From: Chitinophaga pinensis
Lineage (GTDB): Bacteria; Bacteroidota; Bacteroidia; Chitinophagales; Chitinophagaceae
Assembly: GCA_943370345.1 (NCBI GenBank)
Contig: CALRQQ020000001.1
Location: 1 to 60,464, forward strand
Direction: 5' to 3'
DNA: 60,464 nt
In this document: in pieces, positions 44,088-54,794 of the stretch
How the letters are laid out: every line of letters starts with the position of its first letter
Numbering within the stretch: the stretch's first letter is position 1
Position numbers and translations under genes: made by a program
Notes under the pieces: model-generated
What the model was told of the DNA's origin: nothing
Database searches by the model: none
Seen by the model: only the letters and a program-made list of their open reading frames with translations

Positions 44088-44513
44088 ATGAGAGGAGTTA
44101 ACAGAGTCATGCTGATCGGGAACCTGGGTAAGGATCCCGATGTACAGCATCTGGAGGGCAATATTGCAGTGGCCAAATTTCCGCTGGCCACTACCGAAAC
44201 CTTTAAGGACAGAAACGGTAAGCTGGTCTCACAAACCGAATGGCATACCGTTGTACTTTGGAGAGGGCTGGCCGAACTGGCCCAGAAATACCTGCACAAA
44301 AGCAGCCTCGTTTATATTGAGGGTCGTTTGCGTACCCGCAGCTGGGACGACAAGGATGGCAACCGCAAATTTGCCACCGAAGTGGTCGGCGATAACCTGA
44401 TCATGCTCGATAAGCGATCCGATGGCGGACCCGCCGGTGAAGCTGGTGGCATGGAAGGCATGGGTGGAAATGATATGCCCATGGGTGATCCGGGTGAAAA
44501 TCTCCCCTTTTAA
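44088..44513 (+). CDS. ssb: Single-stranded DNA-binding protein
   Basis: VNRVMLIGNLGKDP, TEWH, YIEGRLRTRSW and LPF tail. Confidence 0.96.
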   Translation: MRGVNRVMLIGNLGKDPDVQHLEGNIAVAKFPLATTETFKDRNGKLVSQTEWHTVVLWRGLAELAQKYLHKSSLVYIEGRLRTRSWDDKDGNRKFATEVVGDNLIMLDKRSDGGPAGEAGGMEGMGGNDMPMGDPGENLPF

Positions 44514-44617
44514 CCATAAACTGTAAATACAATACCTTTGCAGGAATGACGGCAGGACCCAGGTGCTGCCGTTATCATGACCGGCCAAGCCGGTCCACTT
44601 AATTAAAATCCATCGCA

Positions 44618-45958
44618 TTGGAAATTCTACCGGATATGCTTTCGCTCCCAGGTCAATTGCTTCATTTCCTGTTATCAGTAAATATGCAGGGGACCACTTT
44701 TCTTACGGTTACCCTCCTGTTATTACTGGTGATCACATTTGCCATCTCCGGATCTGAAGTGGCCCTGTTTTCCCTGAATAAAAAGGACCTGGATATGCTG
44801 AAGACCAAACAACACGCTTCAGCCAGACGGATCGTAAATCTGCTGGAAGAACCCAAGGAAGTATATGCCTCCCTGCTGATCGCCGGTACTTTTGTCAATA
44901 TCAGCATCATCGTTTTGTTCAACTTCCTGCTTACCGAACTGATCGATTTCAGCCGGCTGGGCTCCTTTCCCGAACTCGTGATCAAAGTGGTGGCGATCGT
45001 GATCGTACTGGTCTTTATCGGACGCATATTTCCCAAGGTATGGGCCACGCAGAACAACCTGCGTTTTGCCTATGACTGGTCTTTCCTGGTGGAAGGACTT
45101 CATCTGCTGTTAAGAAGACTCAGTAAATGGATCGTCAAACTGGCCGACGGGATCGGAAAAAAAGTAGGCGCCGACCGCTCCGCCACACTCACTATGCAGG
45201 AACTGGATGAAGCGATTGATATCAAGACCGATGAAGAAGCCTCCCCCGAGGAAAAAAATATCATGAAGGGTGTGGTGAAATTCGGGAATATCTCAGTGAA
45301 ACAGATCATGCGTAGCCGGCTCTATGTGAACGGCATCAGTTATAATTCCAGTTTTGGTGAACTGGTACGCCGTGTGGAAGAACTGCATTATTCCCGCCTG
45401 CCGGTATATAAGGAAAGTCTGGATGAAGTGGTGGGTATCCTCAACACCAAGGACCTGATCCCATACCTCAACGAGAACGAGCAGTTTGACTGGCATTCGC
45501 TGATGCGTCAGCCTTATTTTGTACCCGAGCCCAAACTGATCGAGGACCTGCTGAAGGAATTCCAGCAGAAAAGGATCCACTTCGCGGTAGTGGTGGATGA
45601 ATTCGGCGGCACCAGCGGGATCGTGACCATGGAAGATATCCTGGAAGAAGTGATCGGTGATATCCGGGATGAATTTGATGAGGAAGAGAACGACAGTTAC
45701 AAACTGGATGACTACAATTATATTTTCGAGGGAAAGATCATGATCCATGATATGTGCCGGATCATGAAGATCCCGATGAATACATTTGATCATATCAAAG
45801 GGGAAAGTGAATCGCTGGCCGGACTGGTACTGGAACTGGCCGGTGAATTGCCTACCGTGGATTGGGTGATCCCCTGCGGTGATTTTGAGTTTGCCATCAT
45901 GCAGGCGGAGAATAACCGTATCCAGTTAGTAAAAGTGACCATTAAACCCAAACCATGA
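44618..45958 (+). CDS. gldE: Gliding motility-associated CBS/CorC-HlyC protein GldE
   Basis: SGSEVALFSL, YSRLPVY and VVDEFGGTSGIVTMEDILEE; lies between ssb and gldD. Confidence 0.85.
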   Translation: MEILPDMLSLPGQLLHFLLSVNMQGTTFLTVTLLLLLVITFAISGSEVALFSLNKKDLDMLKTKQHASARRIVNLLEEPKEVYASLLIAGTFVNISIIVLFNFLLTELIDFSRLGSFPELVIKVVAIVIVLVFIGRIFPKVWATQNNLRFAYDWSFLVEGLHLLLRRLSKWIVKLADGIGKKVGADRSATLTMQELDEAIDIKTDEEASPEEKNIMKGVVKFGNISVKQIMRSRLYVNGISYNSSFGELVRRVEELHYSRLPVYKESLDEVVGILNTKDLIPYLNENEQFDWHSLMRQPYFVPEPKLIEDLLKEFQQKRIHFAVVVDEFGGTSGIVTMEDILEEVIGDIRDEFDEEENDSYKLDDYNYIFEGKIMIHDMCRIMKIPMNTFDHIKGESESLAGLVLELAGELPTVDWVIPCGDFEFAIMQAENNRIQLVKVTIKPKP

Positions 45959-46569
45959 TCCGGATGAGCCGTCAGCATTCTTCTTATTTTTTTTGCGCTA
46001 TCGTACTGATCGCTTTCAGCCTCCTGTCCTGCAACAGTGATTATTCCGTAGGGAAAAAGAAAGGCTATTTCCGGATATCATTCCCTGAAAAGAAATACCA
46101 GGTCTTTGACCAGCCCGGCTATCCGTATACGTTTGAATATCCCGTATATGCCCGTGTGATCAGGGACACTACTTTCTTTGAGGACAAAGCCGGTGACTGG
46201 TGGATCAATATTGATATCCCGCAATTCGAAGGCCGGATCCACGTGAGTTACAAACCGATCAATGCGCAAAATAATTTTGACTCACTCGTGAGTGATGGTT
46301 TTAAAATGGCCTATAAGCAACACGTGGATGTATCCACCGGGATCAATGACAGCCTGATCCTGACACCCAACGGGGTGGAGGGCATCTACTTTTCCCTCGG
46401 GGGAAATACCGCCACGGCCAACCAGTTCTTTCTGACCGATTCCACCCGACACTTCCTGCGCGGCGCCCTTTATTTCAACGCCGCCCCCAATGCCGACTCA
46501 CTGGGTATTGTAAATGACTTTCTGAAGCAGGATCTGAAACACCTGATCAATACGCTGAAGTGGAAGTAG
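45955..46569 (+). CDS. gldD: Gliding motility lipoprotein GldD
   Basis: Lipobox LLSC, KGYFRI, FEYP and QFFLTDSTRHFLRGALYF. Confidence 0.9.
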   Translation: MIRMSRQHSSYFFCAIVLIAFSLLSCNSDYSVGKKKGYFRISFPEKKYQVFDQPGYPYTFEYPVYARVIRDTTFFEDKAGDWWINIDIPQFEGRIHVSYKPINAQNNFDSLVSDGFKMAYKQHVDVSTGINDSLILTPNGVEGIYFSLGGNTATANQFFLTDSTRHFLRGALYFNAAPNADSLGIVNDFLKQDLKHLINTLKWK

Positions 46570-46623
46570 TTTCGTTGGTGTTTTCACCCACAACTGGCGT
46601 ACCTTTGAGTCAAATTTTAACGC

Positions 46624-47229
46624 TTGATAGTAATCGATAATATACTGGTTAGTGAGGATGTGGTGGACAAGCGCTTTGTCTGCGACCTGAATAAATGTAA
46701 AGGCGGCTGCTGCGAGGAAGGCGATGCCGGGGCCCCCGTGGAAGAAGCCGAGATGCAGATCATCCGTGAAGTCTATGACAAAGTTAAGCACCTGCTGCCA
46801 GCCGATGCCATTAAAGAAATCGACCGCACCGGACTGTTTGCCAAAGATGATGAATTTGGCTGGGTGACCAATACCATCGGCAGTAACAAAGGCATCTGCG
46901 TATTTGCCTTTCATGATGAACAACGCATCATCAAATGTGCATTTGAACAGGCTTACCGGGAAGGACTGATCAGCTGGAAAAAACCGATCAGTTGTCATTT
47001 GTACCCGATCACTGCCAAGAAAGGAAAGAACGGGGATTACGAAAGAGTGAATTATGAACCCAGGGAAGTATTGTGCAAACCGGGTTGTAATCTCGGGGAG
47101 GAATTAAAAGTACCCGTGTACCAGTTCCTCAAAGAACCGCTGATCCGTAAATACGGAGAAGATTTTTACAATGCCCTTGATACCATTGCCAAGGGTGAAT
47201 GGGAAGAAATTGATTTCAAGGAAAAATAA
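46624..47229 (+). CDS. DUF3109 family Cys-rich protein
   Basis: FVCDLNKCKGGCCEEGDAGAP and KPISCHLYP. Confidence 0.85.
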   Translation: MIVIDNILVSEDVVDKRFVCDLNKCKGGCCEEGDAGAPVEEAEMQIIREVYDKVKHLLPADAIKEIDRTGLFAKDDEFGWVTNTIGSNKGICVFAFHDEQRIIKCAFEQAYREGLISWKKPISCHLYPITAKKGKNGDYERVNYEPREVLCKPGCNLGEELKVPVYQFLKEPLIRKYGEDFYNALDTIAKGEWEEIDFKEK

Positions 47230-47238
47230 AACAGTCAC

Positions 47239-48612
47239 GTGAAAGAAAAATTTGCTGATTTTATTGCCAAAAGCACCATCAAAGCGGCGGACCGTGACCA
47301 CCGCCGGAAGATCAATTTCAATATCGGCAAATACAATTCCGTGGTGCCGCAGGGCAAACTGCAATTCAGCGACCTGCACACGGCACGCGAGCGGGCCAAG
47401 AACATTAAATGGAAGGCCATCTCTACCCTCGATACCCAGCTGGAGGATTTTGAAGCCGCCATTACCAAAAGAGGCGCTAAAGTGATCTGGGCTGAGAATG
47501 CTGCCGAAGCGCTGGAAGCGGTGAAGAAGATCTGTGAAGAGAAGCACTGCAAGACCCTGGTGAAGAGCAAGAGTATGGTGACGGAAGAGATTCACCTGAA
47601 TGAATTCCTTGAAAAGAACGGGATCGAATCCGTAGAAACGGATCTGGGTGAATATATCCAGCAACTGGATGGGGAGCCGCCTTATCATATTGTAACCCCA
47701 GCCATGCACAAGAGTAAGGAGGATGTAGCGAAATTATTCTCCCATAAACTGGGTACCGACCCTAAGGCCACACCCGAGCAACTGACCCTGGTGGCCCGGA
47801 AAGTATTACGAGAAAAATATGTGCAGGCGGAAGTAGGCGTGACAGGGGCCAACTTTATCATTTCCGATATCGGGGGTATTGCCATTACGGAAAATGAAGG
47901 CAACGGCCGACTCAGTTGCTCGATGCCCAAAACACATATCGTGATCGCGGGGATCGAGAAAGTGATTCCCTCTATGCAGGACCTGGCCCTGTTCTGGCCC
48001 CTGCTCTCCACTTTTGGTACAGGGCAACGGGTAACGGTCTATAACACGATCATCACCGGACCGCGTCAAGCCAATGAAAAGGACGGGCCCGAAGACATGT
48101 ATGTGATCCTGCTGGATAATGGCCGGACGAATATACTGGCCAATGAAAAAATGCGGGAAAGTTTATACTGTATCCGCTGCGGCGCCTGTCTCAATGCCTG
48201 TCCTGTTTATAAAAATATCGGCGGACATACCTATGGCGCTCCGTATAGCGGACCGATCGGTTCCGTGATCACCCCGCACTTACAGGGACTGGATGAATTC
48301 AAACACCTGAGTTATGCTTCTTCCCTCTGCGGCAACTGTACAGAAGTATGTGCCGTGAAGATCAACCTGCACGAACTGCTGCTGGAGAACCGGAATGAAG
48401 CGGTGGAAGGCGGGCATAATACCTTTACCGAGAAGATCGCCTGGAAAATGTGGAAGCAGGCCATGCTCCGCCGCTCCTGGATGAATATGGCCAACGGAAG
48501 TACCAAGAGCTGGGTGGTGAACAGCCTGATGAAAGGCTGGAAAGAACACCGCGGTACCCTGGACTTTCCGCAAAAATCCTTTAATCAGCAATGGAAAGAA
48601 AAGAGAAAGTGA
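47239..48612 (+). CDS. lutB: Lactate utilization protein B (LutB/LldF) Fe-S protein
   Basis: KSKSMVTEEI, ETDLGE, ENEGN and CIRCGACLNACPVY. Confidence 0.92.
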   Translation: MKEKFADFIAKSTIKAADRDHRRKINFNIGKYNSVVPQGKLQFSDLHTARERAKNIKWKAISTLDTQLEDFEAAITKRGAKVIWAENAAEALEAVKKICEEKHCKTLVKSKSMVTEEIHLNEFLEKNGIESVETDLGEYIQQLDGEPPYHIVTPAMHKSKEDVAKLFSHKLGTDPKATPEQLTLVARKVLREKYVQAEVGVTGANFIISDIGGIAITENEGNGRLSCSMPKTHIVIAGIEKVIPSMQDLALFWPLLSTFGTGQRVTVYNTIITGPRQANEKDGPEDMYVILLDNGRTNILANEKMRESLYCIRCGACLNACPVYKNIGGHTYGAPYSGPIGSVITPHLQGLDEFKHLSYASSLCGNCTEVCAVKINLHELLLENRNEAVEGGHNTFTEKIAWKMWKQAMLRRSWMNMANGSTKSWVVNSLMKGWKEHRGTLDFPQKSFNQQWKEKRK

Positions 48613-48640
48613 TTAGTTGTAAGTTATAAGTGGTAAGTAA
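48613..48640 (+). repeat. Heptamer array TAAGTnn after the lutB stop
   Basis: TTAGTTG TAAGTTA TAAGTGG TAAGTAA. Confidence 0.6.
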
Positions 48641-48644
48641 ATAC

Positions 48645-49949
48645 ATGCTGCTGTTTGCCGAAACCATAACACCCCGTCTCCGTTATATTACGGGTTTTAT
48701 CGGTGAAGCACTCACCGGGGAGCCACTTGAGCTGACTACCGATATACAGGTATTCGAACAATATCCCGGTCCGAAGATCAATTATAGTTCACGGCATATA
48801 TCCGTAAATGACCTGCAGGTGCACCCTGCGGGCTTGTTGTTTGAAGAGGGCATCCGTCCGCAGGAGATCCATTGTGCTAACAGTAATGAGTATGTGTTTT
48901 TCTTTGAATCAGGCGGCGATCATCCCTTTGATATATTCGCCGCCAGCTTCTACCTTCTCAGTCGCTACGAGGAATACCTGCCCTGTACCCATGATCTGTA
49001 CGGCCGTTTTCCGCATACAGCATCATTGGCATTCAACAACGGATTCCTCGATCAACCACTGGTCAATTACTGGCTGAAGGAACTGGCCGCATTGCTGAAG
49101 ACAAGGTTTCCTGACTTTATACCCAAAGAACAGGTGTTTACCTTCCTGCCGACTTATGATATTGATGAAGCGTTTTCTTTCCTGAATAAAGGGCTGATAA
49201 GAAATACGGGAGGCTTTTTAAGGGACTTCTTCACCGGAAATTTTAAACGCTGCCGCCAGCGGATACAGGTGCTGACCGGGCACCAACCCGATCCCTTTGA
49301 TTCTTTTGAGCAGTTGCACCGCCTGCATACACACTATACGCTTGATCCGCTTTATTTTTTTCTGCTTGCTTCCCGCAAAGGAATGTATGATAAGAATACG
49401 GATCCGGCACATTCAGCCATGCAGGCACTGATCACGGCACATGCAGAAAAGTACCGGACCGGTATCCATCCTTCCTGGCAAAGCGGCGATAAGGACTCAC
49501 TGCTCATTGAAGAGAAAGGGATGCTGGAAACGATAACCGGCAAACCGGTAACTCTATCAAGACAACACTTTCTCCGCTTTACATTACCGGAAGGGTACCG
49601 TCGTTTACTGGCCGCGGGAATTACAGAAGATCATTCGATGGGCTATGGGATGATCAATGGGTTCAGGGCTTCTGTGGCCAGTCCCTTTTACTGGTACGAT
49701 CTGGAAAATGAAACCACCACCGATTTACGGATCTGTCCCTTTTGTTATATGGATGCCAATTCATTTTACGAATTGAAGCATACACCTGCACAGGCCCTGG
49801 AGCAATTGTTGCATTATTACAAGGAAGTAAGAAATGTGAACGGGATGCTGGTCACCCTCTGGCACAATACTTTTCTCGGCACCGATCCGAAATTCATGGG
49901 CTGGAAAGAAGTCTATGAAGATTTCCTGAAAGAAGTGCATCAGGAATAA
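48645..49949 (+). CDS. Polysaccharide deacetylase-like protein
   Basis: DIFAASFYLLSRYEE, TYDID, GIHPS, RQHFL and LWHN. ATG 48645 preferred over GTG 48630. Confidence 0.78.
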   Translation: MLLFAETITPRLRYITGFIGEALTGEPLELTTDIQVFEQYPGPKINYSSRHISVNDLQVHPAGLLFEEGIRPQEIHCANSNEYVFFFESGGDHPFDIFAASFYLLSRYEEYLPCTHDLYGRFPHTASLAFNNGFLDQPLVNYWLKELAALLKTRFPDFIPKEQVFTFLPTYDIDEAFSFLNKGLIRNTGGFLRDFFTGNFKRCRQRIQVLTGHQPDPFDSFEQLHRLHTHYTLDPLYFFLLASRKGMYDKNTDPAHSAMQALITAHAEKYRTGIHPSWQSGDKDSLLIEEKGMLETITGKPVTLSRQHFLRFTLPEGYRRLLAAGITEDHSMGYGMINGFRASVASPFYWYDLENETTTDLRICPFCYMDANSFYELKHTPAQALEQLLHYYKEVRNVNGMLVTLWHNTFLGTDPKFMGWKEVYEDFLKEVHQE

Positions 49950-49954
49950 CCACA

Positions 49955-51022
49955 CTACATCCCCTCGGTCTCCGGTTGTTCCGGTGGCGGCACCGCTGCT
50001 TTAAAGGCTTTATTAACGAGATATACGCCCAGCAAAGTGACCAATCCTCCGATCGTGATATAGATATTGACCTTCTCGCTGAATAGTATCCAGCCAAAAA
50101 TTACGGCGACCATGGGGTTGATGTACGCATAAATGGAGGCCTGTCCCGTAGGCAGATTTTGCAGTGCATAGAGATAACAAACAAATGCCGTAAGTGAACC
50201 AAAGAGCACCAGGTACCCAATGGCGGCCCAGGATTCCCAGGGGATACTGGTAAATGGAATATAGGGGACAAACGAATGAGTGCCTCCCTGTCCGTCCGCC
50301 ACCATGATCTGACTGCCCGTTTTAGTGAACAGCAATAAGAGGGTGCCGGAGATCAGCATCTGCAGTCCCAGACTGAAATAAGGATTAAAGCTGGCGGCCT
50401 GTTTCTTGGTATAGATGGTGGCAAAGGCCCAGGTCCAGGTGGCGATGAGGGATAAGATGATCCCTAACCGGAACTCAGGATTCATGAAATCAGCCATATG
50501 ATCATAGAAGATCACGCAGACACCGGCAAAGCCAAGCAATAATCCAATGATCGCTTTAGTGGGGATCTTTTCGCTGGAACTAAAGAGTCCGATGATCACG
50601 ATCCACAAAGGGAAGATGGCGCCCATAATGGCCCCGAGTCCGGCGGAAATATATTTAACTCCCCAGGTGCTGAGGCCGTTGCTCATAATAAAATTCAGGA
50701 AGCAAAGTACCAGCACGGGGATCCACTCCCGTCCCTTCGGCAACGGAGCGCCTTTATAAAGAAAGAAAGCTACGTAGATCAGTCCGGCTGCCAGTTGACG
50801 GATACCGGCCAGTTGCAACGCAGGCATATGCCGGACGCCTTCCTTGGATGCGATCCAGGTGGTACCCCAGAGAAAACAAACTGCGGCCAGGGCAAAGAGC
50901 GCCTTGGTGCGGGTACCTTTTTTGTGAATGGTAAAGGGATTGAATACCGAAAGCTTCTTCAGTGAATCGGCTGAGGATTGAACGATGGTTTTATGGAAGT
51001 CAAAAATGTTCATGCCATTCAC
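49955..51022 (-). CDS. EamA/DMT family transporter
   Basis: WGTTW, ~10 TM helices and YAYINPMVAV. Confidence 0.9.
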   Translation of the reverse strand: MNGMNIFDFHKTIVQSSADSLKKLSVFNPFTIHKKGTRTKALFALAAVCFLWGTTWIASKEGVRHMPALQLAGIRQLAAGLIYVAFFLYKGAPLPKGREWIPVLVLCFLNFIMSNGLSTWGVKYISAGLGAIMGAIFPLWIVIIGLFSSSEKIPTKAIIGLLLGFAGVCVIFYDHMADFMNPEFRLGIILSLIATWTWAFATIYTKKQAASFNPYFSLGLQMLISGTLLLLFTKTGSQIMVADGQGGTHSFVPYIPFTSIPWESWAAIGYLVLFGSLTAFVCYLYALQNLPTGQASIYAYINPMVAVIFGWILFSEKVNIYITIGGLVTLLGVYLVNKAFKAAVPPPEQPETEGM

Positions 51023-51096
51023 TTCCCCGGAGGGTTGAATTAATGTTCAGGATTCAATAACAGGTACAGGCGGTTAAGCTGTACGTTGGTTTTTTA

Positions 51097-52608
51097 TCAA
51101 TGTTTAAAATGCCGCAATCCGGTCATGATCATCGACAGGTTATGCTTGCTGCAATATTCGATCGAATCATTGTCACGGATCGATCCTCCCGGTTGAATGA
51201 AAGCCGTGATACCGGCATCATGTCCCAGTCTTACACAATCATCAAAGGGGAAGAAGGCATCGCTGGCCATCACAGCCCCATGCAGATCAAAACTGAACTG
51301 CTTTGCTTTTTCCAGGGCCTGACGCAGTGAATCGATCCGGCTGGTTTGTCCGCAGCCTTTACCGATCAGTTGTCTGTTCTTCACGAGGGCAATGGCATTT
51401 GATTTCAGATGCTTGCACACGATATTGGCAAACTGCAGGTCGGCTTTTTCCTCGGGTGTTTCTTTACGCTTGGTGGTTTCTGTCCAGTCGTTGAAATTAC
51501 CGGTATCGATATCCTGTACCAGCACCCCGTTGAGCATGGATTTATATTGTACGGTACTGGATGGCTGCGCTTTTAACTGCAGCAGGATCCGGTTCTTTTT
51601 GGATTTGAGGACGGCCAGTGCATCTTCATCGTAAGCCGGTGCCACCAGTACTTCAAAGAAGATCTCATTGATGGCTTCTGCCGTGGCTTTATCGATCGTG
51701 CCATTGCAGACCAGTACACCCCCAAAAGCACTTTCCGGGTCACCGGCCAGGGCCGCATCCCAGCTTTCCTTTACGGTTGCGCGTTGAGCGATCCCGCATA
51801 CGTTGGTATGCTTGATAATGGCAAAAGTGGTATCGGTGAATTCGCGGATCAGTTGCATCGCTGCATCGGTATCCACGATATTATTGTAGGAAAGTTCTTT
51901 CCCGTTGAGCTGATCGAATAACTGGCCCAGGTCGCCATAGAACACGCCTTTCTGATGTGGATTCTCTCCATAGCGCATGATCTTGGGTTCCGGAATGGAT
52001 TCCAGGAAATACAGGTTATCAGCGGTATTGAAGTATTTTGAAATGGCTACATCATAGTGGGCCACTACTTCAAAGGCTTTTGCGGCAAAGGCTTTCCGTT
52101 GTTCGATCGTGGTACTGCCGTTCTGTGTTTTCAGCAGGTTTTCGAGCGATGCATAATCTTTCTTAGCAGCGATCACCACCACATCACGGAAGTTCTTGGC
52201 GGCACCACGGATCATGGAAGGCCCGCCGATATCGATCTTTTCAATAATGGCTTTTTCTTCCGTAGTACTGGCCACGGTTTCTTCGAAGGGATAGAGGTCC
52301 ACGATCACCAGGTCGATCTCCGGAATCTTGTATTGCTTCATTTCAGCGAGATGTGTTTCATCATCTCTTTTACCCAGGATACCACCAAAGACAGAAGGGT
52401 GCAGGGTCTTTACCCGGCCTCCGAGAATGGAAGGATAACTGGTCAGGTCCTCCACCGGCACTACCTTGATTCCCAGTTTTTCGATAAATGACTGGGTACC
52501 TCCGGTGGAGTAGATCGTTACCCCCAGGCGATCGAGCTCCGTTACAATATTTTCCAGGCCGTCTTTGTAAAAAACAGAAATTAATGCCGATTGAATCTTT
52601 TTGTCCAT
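51097..52608 (-). CDS. purH: Bifunctional AICAR transformylase/IMP cyclohydrolase
   Basis: STGGT, GRVKTLHP, IDIGGPS, RYGENPHQ, ASDAFFPF and RHFKH. Confidence 0.97.
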   Translation of the reverse strand: MDKKIQSALISVFYKDGLENIVTELDRLGVTIYSTGGTQSFIEKLGIKVVPVEDLTSYPSILGGRVKTLHPSVFGGILGKRDDETHLAEMKQYKIPEIDLVIVDLYPFEETVASTTEEKAIIEKIDIGGPSMIRGAAKNFRDVVVIAAKKDYASLENLLKTQNGSTTIEQRKAFAAKAFEVVAHYDVAISKYFNTADNLYFLESIPEPKIMRYGENPHQKGVFYGDLGQLFDQLNGKELSYNNIVDTDAAMQLIREFTDTTFAIIKHTNVCGIAQRATVKESWDAALAGDPESAFGGVLVCNGTIDKATAEAINEIFFEVLVAPAYDEDALAVLKSKKNRILLQLKAQPSSTVQYKSMLNGVLVQDIDTGNFNDWTETTKRKETPEEKADLQFANIVCKHLKSNAIALVKNRQLIGKGCGQTSRIDSLRQALEKAKQFSFDLHGAVMASDAFFPFDDCVRLGHDAGITAFIQPGGSIRDNDSIEYCSKHNLSMIMTGLRHFKH

Positions 52609-52658
52609 ATGAAGTAGAATAATTGAAGGCAGGCGTTCGAAAGAGGCCGCAAATTAAC

Positions 52659-54758
52659 TTAATTCAGGCGCATCACAAAAGCGCCTTTCTCCCCGGTATC
52701 ATGTACGGGAATATGCAGGGAATCTGCGTCTTTTTTCCAAAAGCCCGCCTTCCGGGCAGGAACCGACCCGTCGATCACCAGCTGTCGTATATCCAGAGCC
52801 GCCGCCAGCTTTTTCAGGTAGATACGGGGGTTGCCGGATAAAACCAGGAGATCAATGACCGGACGTATGCTGTCTGCAGGGGCGGTATAGGAAATGGCGG
52901 TATCCAGACACATTATATTTTTTCCGGCAAACCGGTAATAGTACGCATAGTGCAGCAATCCGTTCAGCCGGGAAGCTTCACTGACCCGGTGGAGCACCCT
53001 TGAAGGATTGAGGTGAAAATTGCGGGCCAGCTGGTTTTGCAGCAGACTGCTGTCACCGGTAAAATAAAACCTGCGTCCCTGTATAAAATCGATGGCCTGC
53101 AGCCGGGGTACATGGTAAACAATAATTTTTTGTTGGTTGCCGGATGAGCGGAATGAGTGGAAACGCTCAACGGAAAACAAGAGCAGGAAAAACAGCGAAG
53201 TGTAAAATGCTTTTTTGGATTTTTCCATCAGCCAGTAACTGCCGGTGAGTAATACACCCGTTAACCAGAAAGCCTGTGTGGTACTGAGTTGCAGGCCTTC
53301 CCATACGGAAAAGGGAAGTTGTTCCACCCGTTCGATCCAGGCATTCATGAGGCGGATACCGGCGGCAATGGCTTTGCCGGTCAGTGTTGCCAGCGGAGCA
53401 TGAATGGCCAGTATACACAGACCGATCTCGCCAAGAAGGAGCAGACTGGACAAGGGCACGGCAATAAAATTGCTGAACAGAAAGGAGACCGGAAACTGAT
53501 GAAACAGGTAGATCGTCAATGGAAGGGTGAGGATCTGGGCTGACAGGGTCACGGCATTCAGTTTCCAGGCTGCATCGAGTGTTTTGTTTTTTATATAAAA
53601 CCAGTTGCACAGAGGTTGATTAAAAAGCAGGATGCTCAGTACCGCGGCATAGGACAACTGAAATCCGGCATCCCAGAGCCAGAAGGGGTTATACCAGAGA
53701 AGCATAAACGCAGATACGGCCAGTGAGTTGATGGCGGGTGATTTCCGGCTTAGTGAATTACCGAGTACAAGACAACTGAACATCAGTGCTGAGCGGAGTA
53801 CCGAGGGTTGGGCTCCGGCGAGGAAGCTGAAGATCCAGAGTCCGGTAATGACCAACGCTGCATGCAGCCAGCGGTTCTTTTTTGATCTGTTCAATGGCTT
53901 TAGTAAAAGAAGGAGCAGCCAGTAGATCAGTCCGAGATGCAATCCGGAAATCGCAATGATATGCACCACGCCGGTATTGCTGTAGGATTGTACGATCTCC
54001 GGATCGAGGTCCTGCTTATACCCGATCAGCAGGGCTTCGGCTATACCCGATTCCTGCCGGCCGGGAATATAGGTCCGGAGCAGCTGTACCAGGAATTGTC
54101 CCGAGAGGAATAATTGTTTCCTGAACCAGTTTACTTCCCGTCCCGGCAGTACTTCATAGTCGCCGGGCCGGAGATAGACCTGGTGCGTGATGCCCTGGAA
54201 CAGGGAGTATTGCTTAAAATCAAAAGCACCGGGATTACCTGAACTTTTTATTTCCCGCACCGGCTGACGGATGATCAGTCGTGAGCCGTATCCGAGGGCT
54301 GATACTGTATTGTCTTTGCTGAAGTAGAGGAGAAGCTTACCATGCCCTGCTTCCGGTTGGTGATTGTTTATACAGGCTTTTACGGTGGCAATTGCCTTGA
54401 AGGATTTTGATTTCTCAACCAATGGTTCTTCCAGTACCAGCAGCAGGGTGCTGGAATCGGTGAGGGTGTGACCATACCAGTTGGGTGACTGCCGGATATC
54501 CTGGTTGCGGCTAAGGACTGCTCCCAATGAAAAAAAGAGCAGGAGGGTGCATAGTCCGGTCAGCATCGAATGCCTGAACCGGGCCATTACCGGTATCCAA
54601 TGAAAGAGCAGGAGCCCCGTCAGGGAAAGAGGGATCAGGAGAAACGTGATCAATAGTGGCAGGGGCAGGTACCACTGGTACAGGATACCAGTCATGAAAG
54701 GGATCAGGACCTGCAGGATGGGACTGCGCTTCAGGGGGGTGCTGCTATAGAGAGCCAT
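52659..54758 (-). CDS. comEC: ComEC/Rec2 competence protein
   Basis: NPGAFDF, HIIAISGLH, PSVLRS and GFQLSY. Confidence 0.92.
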   Translation of the reverse strand: MALYSSTPLKRSPILQVLIPFMTGILYQWYLPLPLLITFLLIPLSLTGLLLFHWIPVMARFRHSMLTGLCTLLLFFSLGAVLSRNQDIRQSPNWYGHTLTDSSTLLLVLEEPLVEKSKSFKAIATVKACINNHQPEAGHGKLLLYFSKDNTVSALGYGSRLIIRQPVREIKSSGNPGAFDFKQYSLFQGITHQVYLRPGDYEVLPGREVNWFRKQLFLSGQFLVQLLRTYIPGRQESGIAEALLIGYKQDLDPEIVQSYSNTGVVHIIAISGLHLGLIYWLLLLLLKPLNRSKKNRWLHAALVITGLWIFSFLAGAQPSVLRSALMFSCLVLGNSLSRKSPAINSLAVSAFMLLWYNPFWLWDAGFQLSYAAVLSILLFNQPLCNWFYIKNKTLDAAWKLNAVTLSAQILTLPLTIYLFHQFPVSFLFSNFIAVPLSSLLLLGEIGLCILAIHAPLATLTGKAIAAGIRLMNAWIERVEQLPFSVWEGLQLSTTQAFWLTGVLLTGSYWLMEKSKKAFYTSLFFLLLFSVERFHSFRSSGNQQKIIVYHVPRLQAIDFIQGRRFYFTGDSSLLQNQLARNFHLNPSRVLHRVSEASRLNGLLHYAYYYRFAGKNIMCLDTAISYTAPADSIRPVIDLLVLSGNPRIYLKKLAAALDIRQLVIDGSVPARKAGFWKKDADSLHIPVHDTGEKGAFVMRLN

Positions 54759-54794
54759 GGCTCAAATTAACCCGGATGGTGTTCGCAGACAATA

